Source: Bugula neritina (Eukaryota > Animalia > Bryozoa). Taken from it: DNA of 64,000 bases. Numbering within the stretch: position 1 is the stretch's first letter; the number at the start of each line of letters is the position of its first letter. The notes beneath the pieces were generated by a model that was not told the origin of the DNA, did not search any database, and saw only the letters and a program-made list of their open reading frames with translations. The stretch is from the NCBI GenBank assembly GCA_964035545.1, contig OZ037765.1:22691504-22755503 (forward strand). Reading direction: 5' to 3'. Shown one piece after another: positions 26,501 to 39,569 of this stretch. A program made the position numbers and the translations under genes.

Positions 26501-29500
26501 CATCATTGGCTGCTCCAGTGGTAGTTGCAAGATCTGATTGGCTACTGTTGCTAACTACAAAATACAAATTCATACACATTATTACTTAGTTACAAAGGAT
26601 AAAAAAGAAATATTATGTAATAAAGGTCAGCAGGTTGGTAGTTAGCTGTAATGCAGGCATTTTTGTGGTAAAATCAGTAATTATTTGGATTGATTACTTA
26701 ACCAGTTCCAAGTTGTTTTTTTAGCAGCATTTAAAGAACACATGCTTGCAAAAACAGGTCATTTTGTATTTACCAGAACTAGTTGAGATTTCTTCAGCCC
26801 TGCGGGTATTCAGTTTATCCACAAATTCCTCCAACCTATCAGCTTCTCTATCAGACAGTGTTTCACCTGAAACAGCGAAATATTTCAGTTGAGTGCCGTG
26901 CAATTGTCCTTATTATTCTGAATATATTATTAAGAAATTAGGAGAATTAACTTAACTACTCTCTATAAAACAGACATGCAGTAAATTGCAGTCATGGATT
27001 TATTCTACAGACACTGCAACACAATGTAAGCAAACATACATGGGTAAAGCAAAGCACTGGGTATCTCCTCATCACCACACAGAGTTTTTGAAGATCCGCT
27101 ACACAGCCTGGCCTTTTTTGGCAGAATTTTTAAAGAACGGAGGCACCACTGAGGCCGTGACACTTTCTTAGGACAAGGAAGTCCTAGCAGCAAGCAGTGA
27201 GCACAGTAGCATGTAGGAACTGGTCTACTTGCTTTCCAGATTTCTAGAACATGTCTGAGGATGTTGTTGCTGGTGGTGATAAGTCTCTCCCACATTCTGC
27301 TGACCTTGGCAGCATTAGATGACACATAGAGCAACACCTTTCTAGATTTGTAGTCATGAACCAGCTGTGTGCAGATTTCATCTTGATAGACATTGGCTCC
27401 ATTTCTCTTCACTTTAATAACAGCAGGGTCATCTGGAAACATCTCCAACAAGCCAACAGTCATCTGGTGGAAGACATAGTGTGGCAGAGCTAGACCATTG
27501 AATTGTGTCTCAATGCAGAGGAACAGGTTTTTAGGTGAAGAGTAGGAAATGTTGTAGAAATTTCTAGCAAACTGAGGTACAATAAACCATGGCTCTTCAA
27601 ACTCGACATGTATTGGACCATACAGCAAACGGAATGTTTTAAGTAAGCAGACTGCGACTTCAACATCCTGAAAGCTGTTAAATAGTGTTTCTTTCTCAAT
27701 CAAATAAAAAAGAAGACATTCCATCATCAAGCCAGTGTCAGTAAAACGACTAACCGAATCCTCGAAGTCCTGCTTCTCAACACCCATTCCAGTCTTTGAA
27801 TAGTATGGCTGGAACTTGTCAACTCTACTCTGCCATATGTCGGGATCATGATGATACAGGACACATAGAAGTTTAGTGACTTCTGTAATCTTGTGGAATA
27901 TGTATGGCTGGAGAGAATTGATATCTTTATACCACAAGACTTTGCCACAGTCATGCATGTATGTGAGAATTATGTCCAGCTGACTTGATTCAATGTGCTG
28001 AAGTTCTGTCTGTACGACTTTCAGTATTTCATCAAAAGTGCTGAACACAGAGGGGATAGAGAGAACTTTTTCATTCACTTCCTCCCAGACTGAAGGCAGA
28101 TCTTTGACAAAATGTTTACTGTTTTGAAGAAGAGAATCTTTGATCAGGTCATAAACTTCATACTTGTCATCTTTCCCCACGCCATAAATGCCCTCCTCAA
28201 GAAAAACTTTGCCAGCTGATTCACTGAAATGTTTGATTTGAGCGAATTCTCCACCCAATGCCTTCTCTTCCCTAATAATCTCTTCACACAGCTGATTCGA
28301 AGTTTCCAGAAAGTTCTTGCGAATCCTCTGAAATTCTGCATCTTGAAACTTATCTTTATGAGTAAAGATAAGTTTTGATGAACCCAGATTTGGATTAGAG
28401 AGATAGAGGTGAGACATGTAATCAAAAGCCAATCTTCTAACAGCCTCTCTGTGTGTAGATTCCTTTGAAATTTTGCTATACTGTTCCATGTTGACTACAA
28501 TGACTGGAATGCAATTCTGTCTTAGTGTTAGTTGATAGGTTATATGGTAGACCTCCTGGCCTCCCATATCAATGAGACGGAGTACTGTACCATCCACCTC
28601 AACCTCCTCAACATTAAACACCTTTGTTGTCTCATCTATCACAGCATTTGGATCTCTGTTGGTCAACACTCTTCTTCTGTCAGCATTCTGTAATGTTCTG
28701 ATTAGACTTGTTTTCCCAGCCATCGTATTACCCAGCACAGCTATTGTGGCAAATGGAATGTTTTTACCAGCACCTTTAGCCAAGTCTGTGTAATATTGTC
28801 TCACAGCATCTACTCCTCTCTTGCATACTTCTAGTGGAGGGGATGTGAGAGCATTACAACCTTTCACCACCAGGTTAAAAAGTTGAGTTAATTGGAATAT
28901 TTTAGAATCTAAGGATGCCAGAGAGTGATTGCTGGATATATTCAGTTCTCGCAGACTACTCAATGTGTACACTGAAGGTGGTAAACTGGTGAAGTTATTG
29001 TATGATATGTGAAGTGTTTCTAACTTCTGTAGACTTTGTATGCTGAAAAATATGAAATATAATTGGAGTTGTATAAATGGTTTCACACAAAAATAAATAT
29101 TAAAATTCCATCAATTACATTATAATAAACTGCTACAATGCATATACGTACATAGCTGAGCAATGCATAATAAAATAATCATAATTCATAATTAGGAGTT
29201 ATACTTCCAGTTACTGAGTACAGCATAGCATGTAAATAAGAGAATGCATTACATAACAGTAACAGTAGAACTAAATTTTATTGGTGCAGCATTAGAATAC
29301 ATCTCAGTATAGCAACCCTGTGAGATCATGTATTAAATAAACACGGTTGAAATTGATTGTTTTGGTAGTTGTTTTCCAGTCAAAACATTACTAAAAAAAT
29401 TTAATATTATTCAACATTATATTATATAATATTTAGATGAGTTTTAGTATAACTCATTTATTAAAGAAATAATTTATTAAAGACACGAGTTTCTATCAGA

Positions 29501-32500
29501 ATACACCTACTACTAGGTTTCGTACTGTTTATATTATGACTCATTACCTACTAGCAACTCAGATTCCACTCGTAAATACTCTAACTGTAAATTCAGCAGA
29601 CTACAGTAGTTTTCTTATGACAAGGAATCTAGTCGACTGAGTCAAGTAAAAAAAAAGGCAGATAACCCTGTAACATATCATAGTACTGCACCTGTTTGAT
29701 AGAGTTTTTAATAGAGTTACATTATAACAGAAACATTTTGAACTATAATATAACACGCACCTGTTTGGTAGAGTCACCAGTTCACAGTCCCTCATGTCCA
29801 ACTCTTTCAGTGATACTAAGGATGTGAATGTATTGTCAGGTAGACCTTCAGGTAGCTTAATATCTGATATATCCAACACCTCAAGATTCTTCAGTAAGGA
29901 TATGCTGTAATGTAGCATAGTGCATACACATATGAAATTGTGCATATTATCATACTTTATAGGAATATAATTATTTGATACAACGTATTAAACACTATGT
30001 GGGGCACACATGCACTACACAAGATACTTCAAGTATTAAAAATTTGTACTATAGGTCACTGTATACTGCAATATAATAATTTATTTATGGCCTGTAATAT
30101 TTGTTACAGTACAATACTGCACTATATTATGATACACACCTGTTTGGTAGTGTTGGTAAGTTACAGTGACCTATGTTCAACTCTCTCAGTAATAGTAAGG
30201 ATGTGAATATATTGTCAGGTAGACCTTCGGATAAGTGATTCCCCAATAGACCCAATACCTCCAGATTTTTCAGTAAAGATATACTGTAACATAACATGTA
30301 TATGGAAATAAAATCATGTATAATTTTCAAGTAAGAATATAGCGACGGCATGCAACTGACTGAACTTCTAATCAAATCTATTTATACGGGCAATATTTTG
30401 AGCATTTTCATCCATCTTAATGTCACGCACACATAGACTGCACAATATTTCTCAGAGATGGTTAAAAAAACATGGGAAATGAAAAAAACCGGTGGCTGAA
30501 AAAGTCAGACGAACTTCAGAATTTTGCAAATCAAAACATGAATATATAGAGTTCTTCGCTGTGAATAAGAAGCTATATGGACTGTTTAACAAGGAGATAA
30601 GAACTATAAGGTGCAAGGACAAAGAAAGGATCAAGAAGGTTGATTGTCAAAAATTAGACTTTATTAAAACAAATTTAATGGAATAAACATATATCTTACT
30701 CATTTTTGGAGGAACTGACATGCAAAGTACACATGTATTGTAAAATCTACTCCAACTATATTGTTCTAGCAATTATGTAGGTTATGAATTACTACTGTAT
30801 AGTAAGCATTGTCTTGCCTTATTCTATAACATACATATGTAATTGTATTCATACTTGTTTGGTAGAGTTTTCAGTTTACAGTACCACATGTTTAACTTTC
30901 TCAATGACAGTAAGGATGTGAATATATTGTCAGGTAGACCTTCGGATAGGTCATTGCCATATATATTCAATACCTCAAGATCCTTCAGTGAAGATAGGCT
31001 GTAATATAACATAAAGGTATATTACAATGATTTAAATAAATATAATCATTTGATACTATACATGTAATAAATGCTGATAGCAAAATGTGTACAATTCAAG
31101 TCACTTCAAATATATGAAAGTACATTATAAGCTTCCACGCAGTTATATTAACAACACTTATAACTTATATTTGTTACAGTATTATTATGGAGTCCAGGGC
31201 GGTCCAACAGTTGGCTCCAGGGCCGGATGCAGCCCCAGACTAAATCTATGTGGACTCTAGGGATCTAGAAAATAAAATTATTTTGCCTGAGTGTGTATAT
31301 ATAAATTGGAGTGGAAAATCCACTATTTAGATTTTTTATTCATATGCATGAAATAAAAGATGGGACTTCATTGTGTAATTATTCATAGAAATTTGAAATA
31401 AAGTATATTGGAAAATGCTGATGTCATGGCCCTAGCTAAAGCTAAATTTTAAATTAAAGGGGCCCTTGCCACTGAACTAATCCATTTCAGTGACCCTCGT
31501 TCTGAAAAGGCTGGACACCCTTGTTCTACAATTTAATACAATACACACCTGTTTGGTAAAGTTACCAGTTTACAGTTTTCCATGTCCAACTTTTTTAGAG
31601 ATAATAATGATGCGAATATATTGTCAAGCGGTTTCCAGCAGAGGTCATTTCCCGATATATCCAATACTTCAAGATTCTTCAGCGAAGATATGCTGTAATA
31701 CAACATAAAAATTAATACTTTTAGAGCTTTATAGTATATATTTATCATTCTACACTATAATATAACACACGCCTGTTTGGTAGAGTTAAGAGTTGACAAT
31801 CCTGCATGTGCAACTCTATCAATGATGGTAAAGATGTGAATATATTGTCAGGTAGACCTTCAGATAGGTTATTCTCTGATATATTCAATATCGCAAGATT
31901 CTCCAGAGAGAAGATGCTGCAACCAACATATAACATACAGGTATAAAATAATTGTAATCAATTTAATTACCAAATATTATTTTGGTTGAAGGAGATTAAT
32001 CAACTTGAAATTAAATTGATCGTAAATTAAAATACAATGAATCAGATAAATAACACATTTGTTACTAAAGCTAGTGTTATTGTGAAGGGAGATGACATTA
32101 CATTCCATCTAATACTAATAGCACCTTCTATGATTATAGCTTTATATTACAACTGGTCAAGTCAAGACCAGTTCTGTTCCTGCTATCGGTAAGTATACAT
32201 GTAAACTGGTACCACCCGTGGCATGCCCTCCCCTGTTTTAATTTGAGAGGCTTTAAGGGTGCTGAGACACCCTTGGATTGATGTTGCTTGTAGACAATAG
32301 AGCAAGACACAGATTGATAGAAAACCAACAATTTAGTTACTTTCCAACAGAAAAAATCCAGCCACAACCCACATAGATTCATCACACCTCTGTGGTAAAT
32401 AAGGTCACACATGCTTCTCCTGCTAATTAGCAACCAATACCCATACCAAACCAACAAAACTGTGTGATGTACATTTTGGGACTTTCTGCTTTTTATCGCT

Positions 32501-32832
32501 CTCAACATGCTTTTGTTTATTAGTTTATTACTTTGTTAACTTTCTTGAGTACATTTTATCTGTTATATCTTTGGTTACAAAGTTTTGCTTTGCAATATAA
32601 CAACATTATACCTGGCCCAGTCAGCTTTACTGTCTACTTCATATAGTCTTAGATGTGTCAGGTGGGGAAACAGAGTGTTGATATTTGGAGGAATGTCGTA
32701 CTTCAGTATAACATGAGTAACTGTATGATGTCTACTTATATCATTGATCTCTTCTATAGTGTAGTGCCTAGTGTCATTCTCCATCCACTCACCCTCGTCA
32801 GCTTCATCTATACTGGACGTGTTGAACCACAT
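23592..32832 (-). CDS. LRR-Roc-COR-caspase fusion protein (ROCO GTPase with C-terminal C14 caspase domain), ~1350 aa
   Basis: Model complement(join(32612..32832,31773..31916,31549..31692,30855..30998,30140..30283,29761..29904,27040..29042,26774..26866,26364..26554,25898..26068,25322..25544,24973..25146,24219..24328,23592..23738)). Every junction is phase-compatible and the frame is open (4053 nt). Roc motifs: GNTMAGKTSL, DMGGQEVY, THKD. COR: LPSVW...LTYMHDCGKVLWY. Caspase p20: RGRALIINN, RKGSDVD, IMTHG, GKPKVVILEVCSG. Caspase p10: DLLVVKSS, GSLMIRAL, TLTHMRKLYLFP. The start codon and any upstream exons are uncertain. Confidence 0.85.
24639..24753. repeat. 115-bp GC-rich near-perfect hairpin in a caspase-domain intron
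   Basis: ccgaagctcgtccgaagtcggagccgaaggcacgatgtcggaaggactctg pairs with cagagtccttccgacatcgtgccttcggctctgaacttcgtacgagcttcgg. Confidence 0.85.
26143..26230. repeat. Dispersed repeat, second copy at ~53626-53708
   Basis: cgggctaaggacttattcagatgagacacaggagcaattacgactggatgctc here versus cgggctaagaacttattcatttgtggcacaggagcaattatgactggatgctc at 53.7 kb. Confidence 0.7.
26245..26322 (-). mobile_element. tRNA-derived (SINE-head-like) fragment
   Basis: The minus strand has a B-box/T-arm gggttcgaaccc, but I could not fold a complete cloverleaf. Confidence 0.35.
29761..31916 (-). repeat. Five tandem 144-nt LRR exons (two LRR units each, phase 2-2)
   Basis: Exons at 31773-31916, 31549-31692, 30855-30998, 30140-30283 and 29761-29904 each encode SIxxLxNLxVLxIxxNxLxEGLPDNIFTSLxxLxxLxMxxCxLxTLPN. 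Flanking intron sequence is also similar between copies. Confidence 0.9.
31195..31523. mobile_element. Degenerate hAT-like MITE in an LRR intron
   Basis: Ends cagggcggtccaac ... gctggacacccttg resemble CAGGGGTGTCCAA-type TIRs. The 8-bp TSD is not preserved. Confidence 0.5.
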
Positions 32833-35800
32833 CCTGAACTTCTCTACAAAATAATATGTACCAGTTTAAAAATAACAATTTTGATAACCTATAACAGAAT
32901 TTTTAACACTATATACAGTATTAGCTTTATCTATGATGGAAGTGGTAAACTATAACATAATAGTAATAATTTTCTAAAAGTTATGCTACTTTTTATGTTG
33001 TAAATACTTAAGAATAAATTGTTGAACAAATTGAAATCCTGTGACATATTTGAGTGTATTTTCAGATTTTATCCACTTTGTCAAACTATGTATAACCTAG
33101 CAGCATGACTCAACCTTGTAACTGGTGCAGCAGTAGCATACTACAGCAGCTGAGAGGGTAGCCATGTTGTTCATAATTCTGTACAGAATGTGTTGTATTA
33201 CAAAATATTAGGCAAAACAATAATAATATATATTACAATATAGGTCAGTGTGATAATATAACACAAAATAATATAATATAGATGGGTAGAACAACTATAT
33301 TGCAATATAATATAGGCAAGTACAATAATATAACATTATATAATACATTATAATGTATGTCAGTATAATGATTTTATTATAATGTCGGTCACTATGATAT
33401 AACATAACAAGCACTAACAAATATGTAATACAACCAATAGCTGTAGTCAGAACACAACTCTAAGGAAAGTATCTATATTTCCTATTCCACAGATATTTAC
33501 TAGAGCTAGACCCTATTGAAAAACAAGCAATTCAACAGCTAGCTCGCTGATACTAAACCACAACACCCTATGATGCCTTTCTTTAAGACTTTTATCTTGT
33601 GTCATACACACATAACATAAAAATTAATAGATTGGTTAGAAGTGACAACGGTACTAAGTGGTGTTAATCACGCTCACTGTCGTGATCTTTGCTGCCTTTT
33701 GATTGGCTGGTTCAGCCGAATATTGGGGAGAAATTGACCATGCTCAATTGTGAAAATCGGGCGAAAATTCAGCAAAAAGCAAAATCGGCCAATAAATCTT
33801 GTGACCTAACAAATTTGGCCGACAGTTTTTCGGCAGATTTTGTTGCAAAATCAGCCTACGTACATGCAGCTTGAAAGATAGTACTTTTAGCAGAAGCATA
33901 GAGCTATCTATGTAAAGCTGTAAAACATTCATAGCCAAGAAATGTAGCACCAAAGCTTCAATATACAATTACCAGAACATACAAATACAACTAAGCGATT
34001 GCATCAAACATAACATACATGACTAGTCATAAAAGTGTCTTCAAGTTTCTTTTTTCCAAAGTTTACTATGAGGAAATGTTTTTAAAAAAATTACTGAAAC
34101 ACAAATACATGTGCTACTACCAAAATATATCTCTCCTAGAATAAGAATTTCATAGCATAGTTTGGATTTTAAGCAGCAGTAAAATTTTGAGATGTTAATG
34201 AACTATTTCTATATGATTAGGTCAAAGGCTATACCTGCTAATGGAATACAACTCCTAATTATAAAATAAGTATAAGGGACATGGGAAACCAGTCTCTAAA
34301 AGTATCAGATCAAGGTTCACTCATATAATTTCTATAGTTACTGGTTGAAGTATTTTTATATTTTACTAACTTATCACGGATTTCTCTGGAGGTGGAGTTG
34401 GAGGTGAAGTTTGAGGTTGAGGCACAGATTTATGTTGACTCATCTTGTGATCACTAGTTAGAGCTAAAATCATATTCAATAGTCTTAATTTTAACCTTTA
34501 AAATACATATTGATGAGCGTATTCCAAAGTAGTTATAAAAATATGCAAAGGCAAGTATCACTTAAAAGGCTGTGCTGTTGAAAAATGTATTGCAATAATA
34601 AAGAGGAGAGAATATAGCAATTCAAAAAATGCTGTTAAGTAGAGTAGATTGTAACCAACAAAAGGTTATCAATCAAAATCCACTGTATTTCACAAACGTG
34701 TCTTTTTTAATTTGTCAATAATTGTGAGTATCTCCAAGACGCTCACGTTGCAAACATAAATTTTTAACCCTGTTTTCTGTGACAAATCAGCCTACTATTG
34801 CCTTGTGTGGAATAGAGTAATCTCTATTAAATAAACTTTGCTGATTAACAAACTAATTCTTGTTGGTTATTGAAGATATGCAGTAATAGCAAATATAGTT
34901 ATGACATTAACTCCAAAGTTTTTTCTTCACTGATGGCAGCAGTAAAATAAATCTAGAATAAAACTAGAAACCCATTTGTAATAATGGAAGACATGAAGAA
35001 GAGCACGAGAGGTTCTAGCAGCAAAATCAGAGGCTACAAGAGGTGCACTGTTGAAGGTGGCTGCAGTAATAGGACCCATGACTCAAGAAACAACAGCAAT
35101 GCTCAATTAAAAGTAATTTCCACAGTTACTCCTACCCACATTCGAGGGTATATATTTTGAGGCTGGCCAATTAAAAAGTCATTGAAGAAAAGGGAAATTT
35201 TGATTTAGTTGGTTAGATTTTCCAGCACAAATTGGTAGACCAGTTGAGGCATCAAAACATGCCTAAGCTGTTGTTAGACTATACAAGACCTGTCAGACAA
35301 ATCAAGTTGACTTCTATAAGCCATTACTGCTTTCACAACTTTCAGAGTATCCATGGCAACATCTAGCTTCAAACCTGGTCCACTATACAAACTATCACCA
35401 CTTACTCATTGTACATTATTACACCCAGTATGTTGAAATCTTCAAGCTCACTTCTTTTACCAACAGCGCTATGATCATAATGAAATCTATTTTTTGCTGC
35501 CACAGTGTCCCAGAATGCTGACAAGCAACAATCAATCTCAGTAAGCTGCACAAGAGTTTCAAGAGTTTGCTTTGGACTGTCATTTCTCCCAAGTGGTTAG
35601 ATCGTGATTAGCTAGTGTGAAATTGAAGGCAGTGTACACGCCAAAGATCTATTGCCATATCATAGCACGCCATTAAAAATGGAAACTCAACTGCCAAGCT
35701 ATTTATGGTGAGAAAATTTTGAACAATAGTATTTACCATACTGTCTATTCTGGTACCAGCAACACTTGGCTCAGACATTATTGCGAAGAGGGAGCACAGC

Positions 35801-38800
35801 TACAAACAAAACATGAAATTCAACCAATTTACCACTGTCCGAGAAATCCCGCAAGACTTTCCTCAAATAAAAATGTGTTTGTAAAAGACATAAAATGGAA
35901 CTAACAGTCACCAACTCACTTCCTTACAAATCACAGAGCATCTAGTTATCGAAAGGTGATACTGATAGCATACAATACAACAGGCATTCTCTGTGTCTAA
36001 CGGGTCTATCAATCGAATGTGATCAGAATAAACCAATTAACGACTGGCAGAGTCCGTAGTTCGCCTCAACACCGGGTAATTCTACCTGATCTGATATATG
36101 TGGCTTCTAATTTTTGTTAATTTTTCAAACAAAATAAGTTTCGGTTTTAAAAGTTCTCGTGACAATTTTAATTCAAATCAGCATATACTAATAGCAATAA
36201 TTAATACATACTAATAATTTATTTAAAGATAAATAATGTGTTTGGTACGGTTGATAATTTTTGTAATTTACTTAGAGTTAGTTGACTTTTTTAATTTGAA
36301 AACTCCGTGAATAGCATTCATAAACGGATCCAGTGTTATTACTATTATACTGTCAATGATAATGTAAATTTTAGACGTGCTTCATGCTTGCTGCAAAGTC
36401 AAATCAAATTTATAATTTTGAGTGTTTTCAAGTGTTCTATGTCTTCAAAGGTATTCGAAGGTATTAAGTTTACTTTTAGACTTGTTTAACTTTAAGTTTC
36501 ACTTTCAGGTTGCAATCAGAAAACTTGTCGCAGGAGGGCGCTCTGCCGACCCTCTTGCACCTACCCAAGCAATCTGCTAGGCGGGCTAACTGTTTTACCT
36601 TTTTCTCCCAGAGTACATGTTGATAATTTTTACCCATACACCTCTGTCATCTGTGACTGACAGACATAATCTGACTGAAGACTGCAAAGCGTAACTTTAT
36701 TTTGGATATGCTCACGAGAAGTTAGCGAAACAAAGATAAAATGGTATGGCTATAGCAGTTAGTAGTTTACAATAACCGATAGCTAAATTATCCGCCACTA
36801 GCCGATAATGTGTGATAAAAAAACTTTTATATTGGGAACTGAGGCTTGCGCAGAAAATTGCAGACCACCATTGGTCTCCTCATAAGCTTCAGCTCTTTAG
36901 TAAGTGTCGAGACTAGTAACTGCTTATCACTTTTTTTGTAAAACTTGCAGATTCTGCGCTAAACAGTTTTTTAACTTGTCGCATCTGAAACAACTCTTCA
37001 AGGTTTGTATAAGTGAAAAGATCCAAGCCAATGGTGCTAGTTAGTCAGTGACTGGCCGTGTCTTTTCGATTCTAGGTAGGGCTGTTATTTTCAAAGCATA
37101 ATTTTAATTTTTTTGTAGACTAAGTAATCTATTGTTACCATGGTATTGTGAGTTTCTTTTTAGAATGAAATAATATTTAAATAGACAAGAATTTTATCAA
37201 CGTTAGTAATAGTTATACCAAGTCTAATAGTAATACTAATAGTAATAGTAATACTAATAGTAATAGTATTCTCATTCTGTATTACTATTACTATTAGTAA
37301 TATTAATACTAATAAGTAATAGTTATAGTAATGGCTAGCAAACGCAGCTGTACTCTAGTAGTAGTAGTAGTATTAATACGTCTACTAGTAGACACTCGCA
37401 GTTTGAGAGTCAGAGTGAGCCGCACTGGCAGTAAACGAGTGTCAGTGGAAAACAGAAGTAATTCATAACAAAACAAAATTATATTGATATTGATATTATA
37501 ATTTGTGGTTGCAATTGCTTATTTCTTTTTTTTATATTTATATTTATACTTTTTGCAAATGATGAAATTGTTATACTAGTTACTATTAATTTTACCTAAA
37601 GTTAGTATCTGTACAGGTACCCGTACTACTACTAAACTTACCTGAGTAGTTGGTTAAAATAAAGCCCAAAGCGTGACAGTGGAACTAATTAAAAATTGAA
37701 AAATTAAAAAGATCATCATGTTCATATTCATATGTTCATTTGTTGTTTTCAATTTTATTTAGTTATTTATTAACTTTGCCTTTAAATCAAAATGTTAATT
37801 GTAGATATTCCTGTTTAATCACAATGTCAATATAAGTATGAATATCAATATGACAGGTTCACAATCATATTCATAGTAACAGTGCATTATTTATGCCAAC
37901 TAAACTGTTTTGATTTTTACTAAAACTCAATAATTATATATCATATGTGCCATATGACTAATCTGAAATGCATATAGTAATTATTACATTTCACCCTAAT
38001 TGGTTATTACATTAACTAGTATTAGTATAACTATATCAGACAGATTTTGTTTTTATTGTATTTGTATATAAATGAGTTGAGAAATTTTGACATCGTGTTG
38101 TGATTACTTTATGGTTTGTTATTGTTTATGCTTTATTAGTTATGCGATAACACCAAGTGGTATGATTTAATTTTTATTACAGAGTTTTATCTAACTGATA
38201 TCAAAAGTGTTGTTTTTTCCAAATAAATGTTGTATGTAAAGTTTTAGTTTTATATACTTCAACAGTAAATTTCCTTAATTCAAAGTATACTAATAATGGT
38301 TTTTAAATTTTCTGCAAATAGTATTTTGAATATTTTAAACTTATTTTTTAACTTGTTGCTATCACAATTAGTGTTATATGTGCAAATGCTTTTGCTTTAA
38401 AATCAACTGTGTCTGTAACCAAAGCACGTAGATAGTGGTATAAATTTTTTATTTGATCACAAATTAATTATATAGATGGAATGATTTTATTGTAAAACTG
38501 TTTTATTTTTCTGTATTGTCTATTTTATGTTTAAGGTATGTAATTTATTACATTTGATTAGAATATGGCATGTAATAAATTCTCTTGGGCTTTAGTTTTG
38601 AAGAAATTTACAAAATCTTTATTTAAGAAACGGTGCTTTATCTACAGATGCCTGTTGAAACTGTGTGTTAGCAGTGTTTCTATCTGAAGATAGTATGATA
38701 AGTAATAAAATATTTTGAATATTCAATGTTGTGAGTGCTTACTATTATTTTCTAAAGCTGTTGTGTGAACATTAGTTACAAATTATAGCACTCGATGTTC

Positions 38801-39569
38801 TTTAACAAAAAAATCTATTTTTATATCTTCACTACCACTCCACTACTATATACATGGCATTGTGAACTCGTAGAACATGTTTAAGTTGTTGTTTACATAT
38901 TACAATATGGTTTCAAATCATAGAAGATATTGTAAAATTTCTCTGTTGATTTTATTTATCTTCACACTGAGATTATTCATTAGCAATCTATTGTACACCA
39001 GCTTTACACAAATTCTTATCATATACCAAAAGAAGTTATGCCCATCTTTAGCTAATAAAACTGTTAATAGTGTTTAAAGTGATAGCTCCTGGCACTATTA
39101 CATGGTAATCTTCTATTATGTAATTAGAAAAGAACTTGCCCCCAGCAAAAGCCGAACTTGCATAGTATAGTTATAATCTGTTTAACATCCATTAGCACAA
39201 TAATTAATATAAATATTATTAATACATCTGTTTAAGGTTTTAGCTGAACGTTGAATAGCTTGCTGTAACTTGCAAATGTACTAAAAATAACAGTACAAGC
39301 TAAGAAACATTGAGTCAGCTCTTTTATATTTTGCAACGGTAAATAAGACAGTTACTGCACATAAAAATTGAACTACAATATTACTAGAGAGTTAACTATA
39401 TAGTATTGAATAATAATAATTTCAACCATGATGAGTTTATGCTTGACCTGAGTAAACTAAGTTACTAAGGTGTTCTGCTTGTAGATGTGTCTGGTACATT
39501 GATCTAGGGGAGTAATGGCCGGTCAACTTTGATGCATCTATTGTGAAGTATTGCATTAGCAAGGTACTG

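Noticed and set aside
27005-29086. 693-aa ORF as a stand-alone gene
   Set aside because: It has a clear acceptor at 29042 and donor at 27040, both in phase with flanking exons. The ORF's extreme ends are intronic read-through.
32134-32508. 124-aa ORF in the first ROCO intron
   Set aside because: It has no LRR or other motif and no compatible phase-2 splice sites that I could identify.
33115-33165. Upstream ATG exon (MATLSAAVVCYCCTSYK) for the ROCO-caspase gene
   Set aside because: Its phase-0 donor joined to the acceptor at 32843 gives an early stop. At best it is a uORF or 5' UTR exon, so it was not included.
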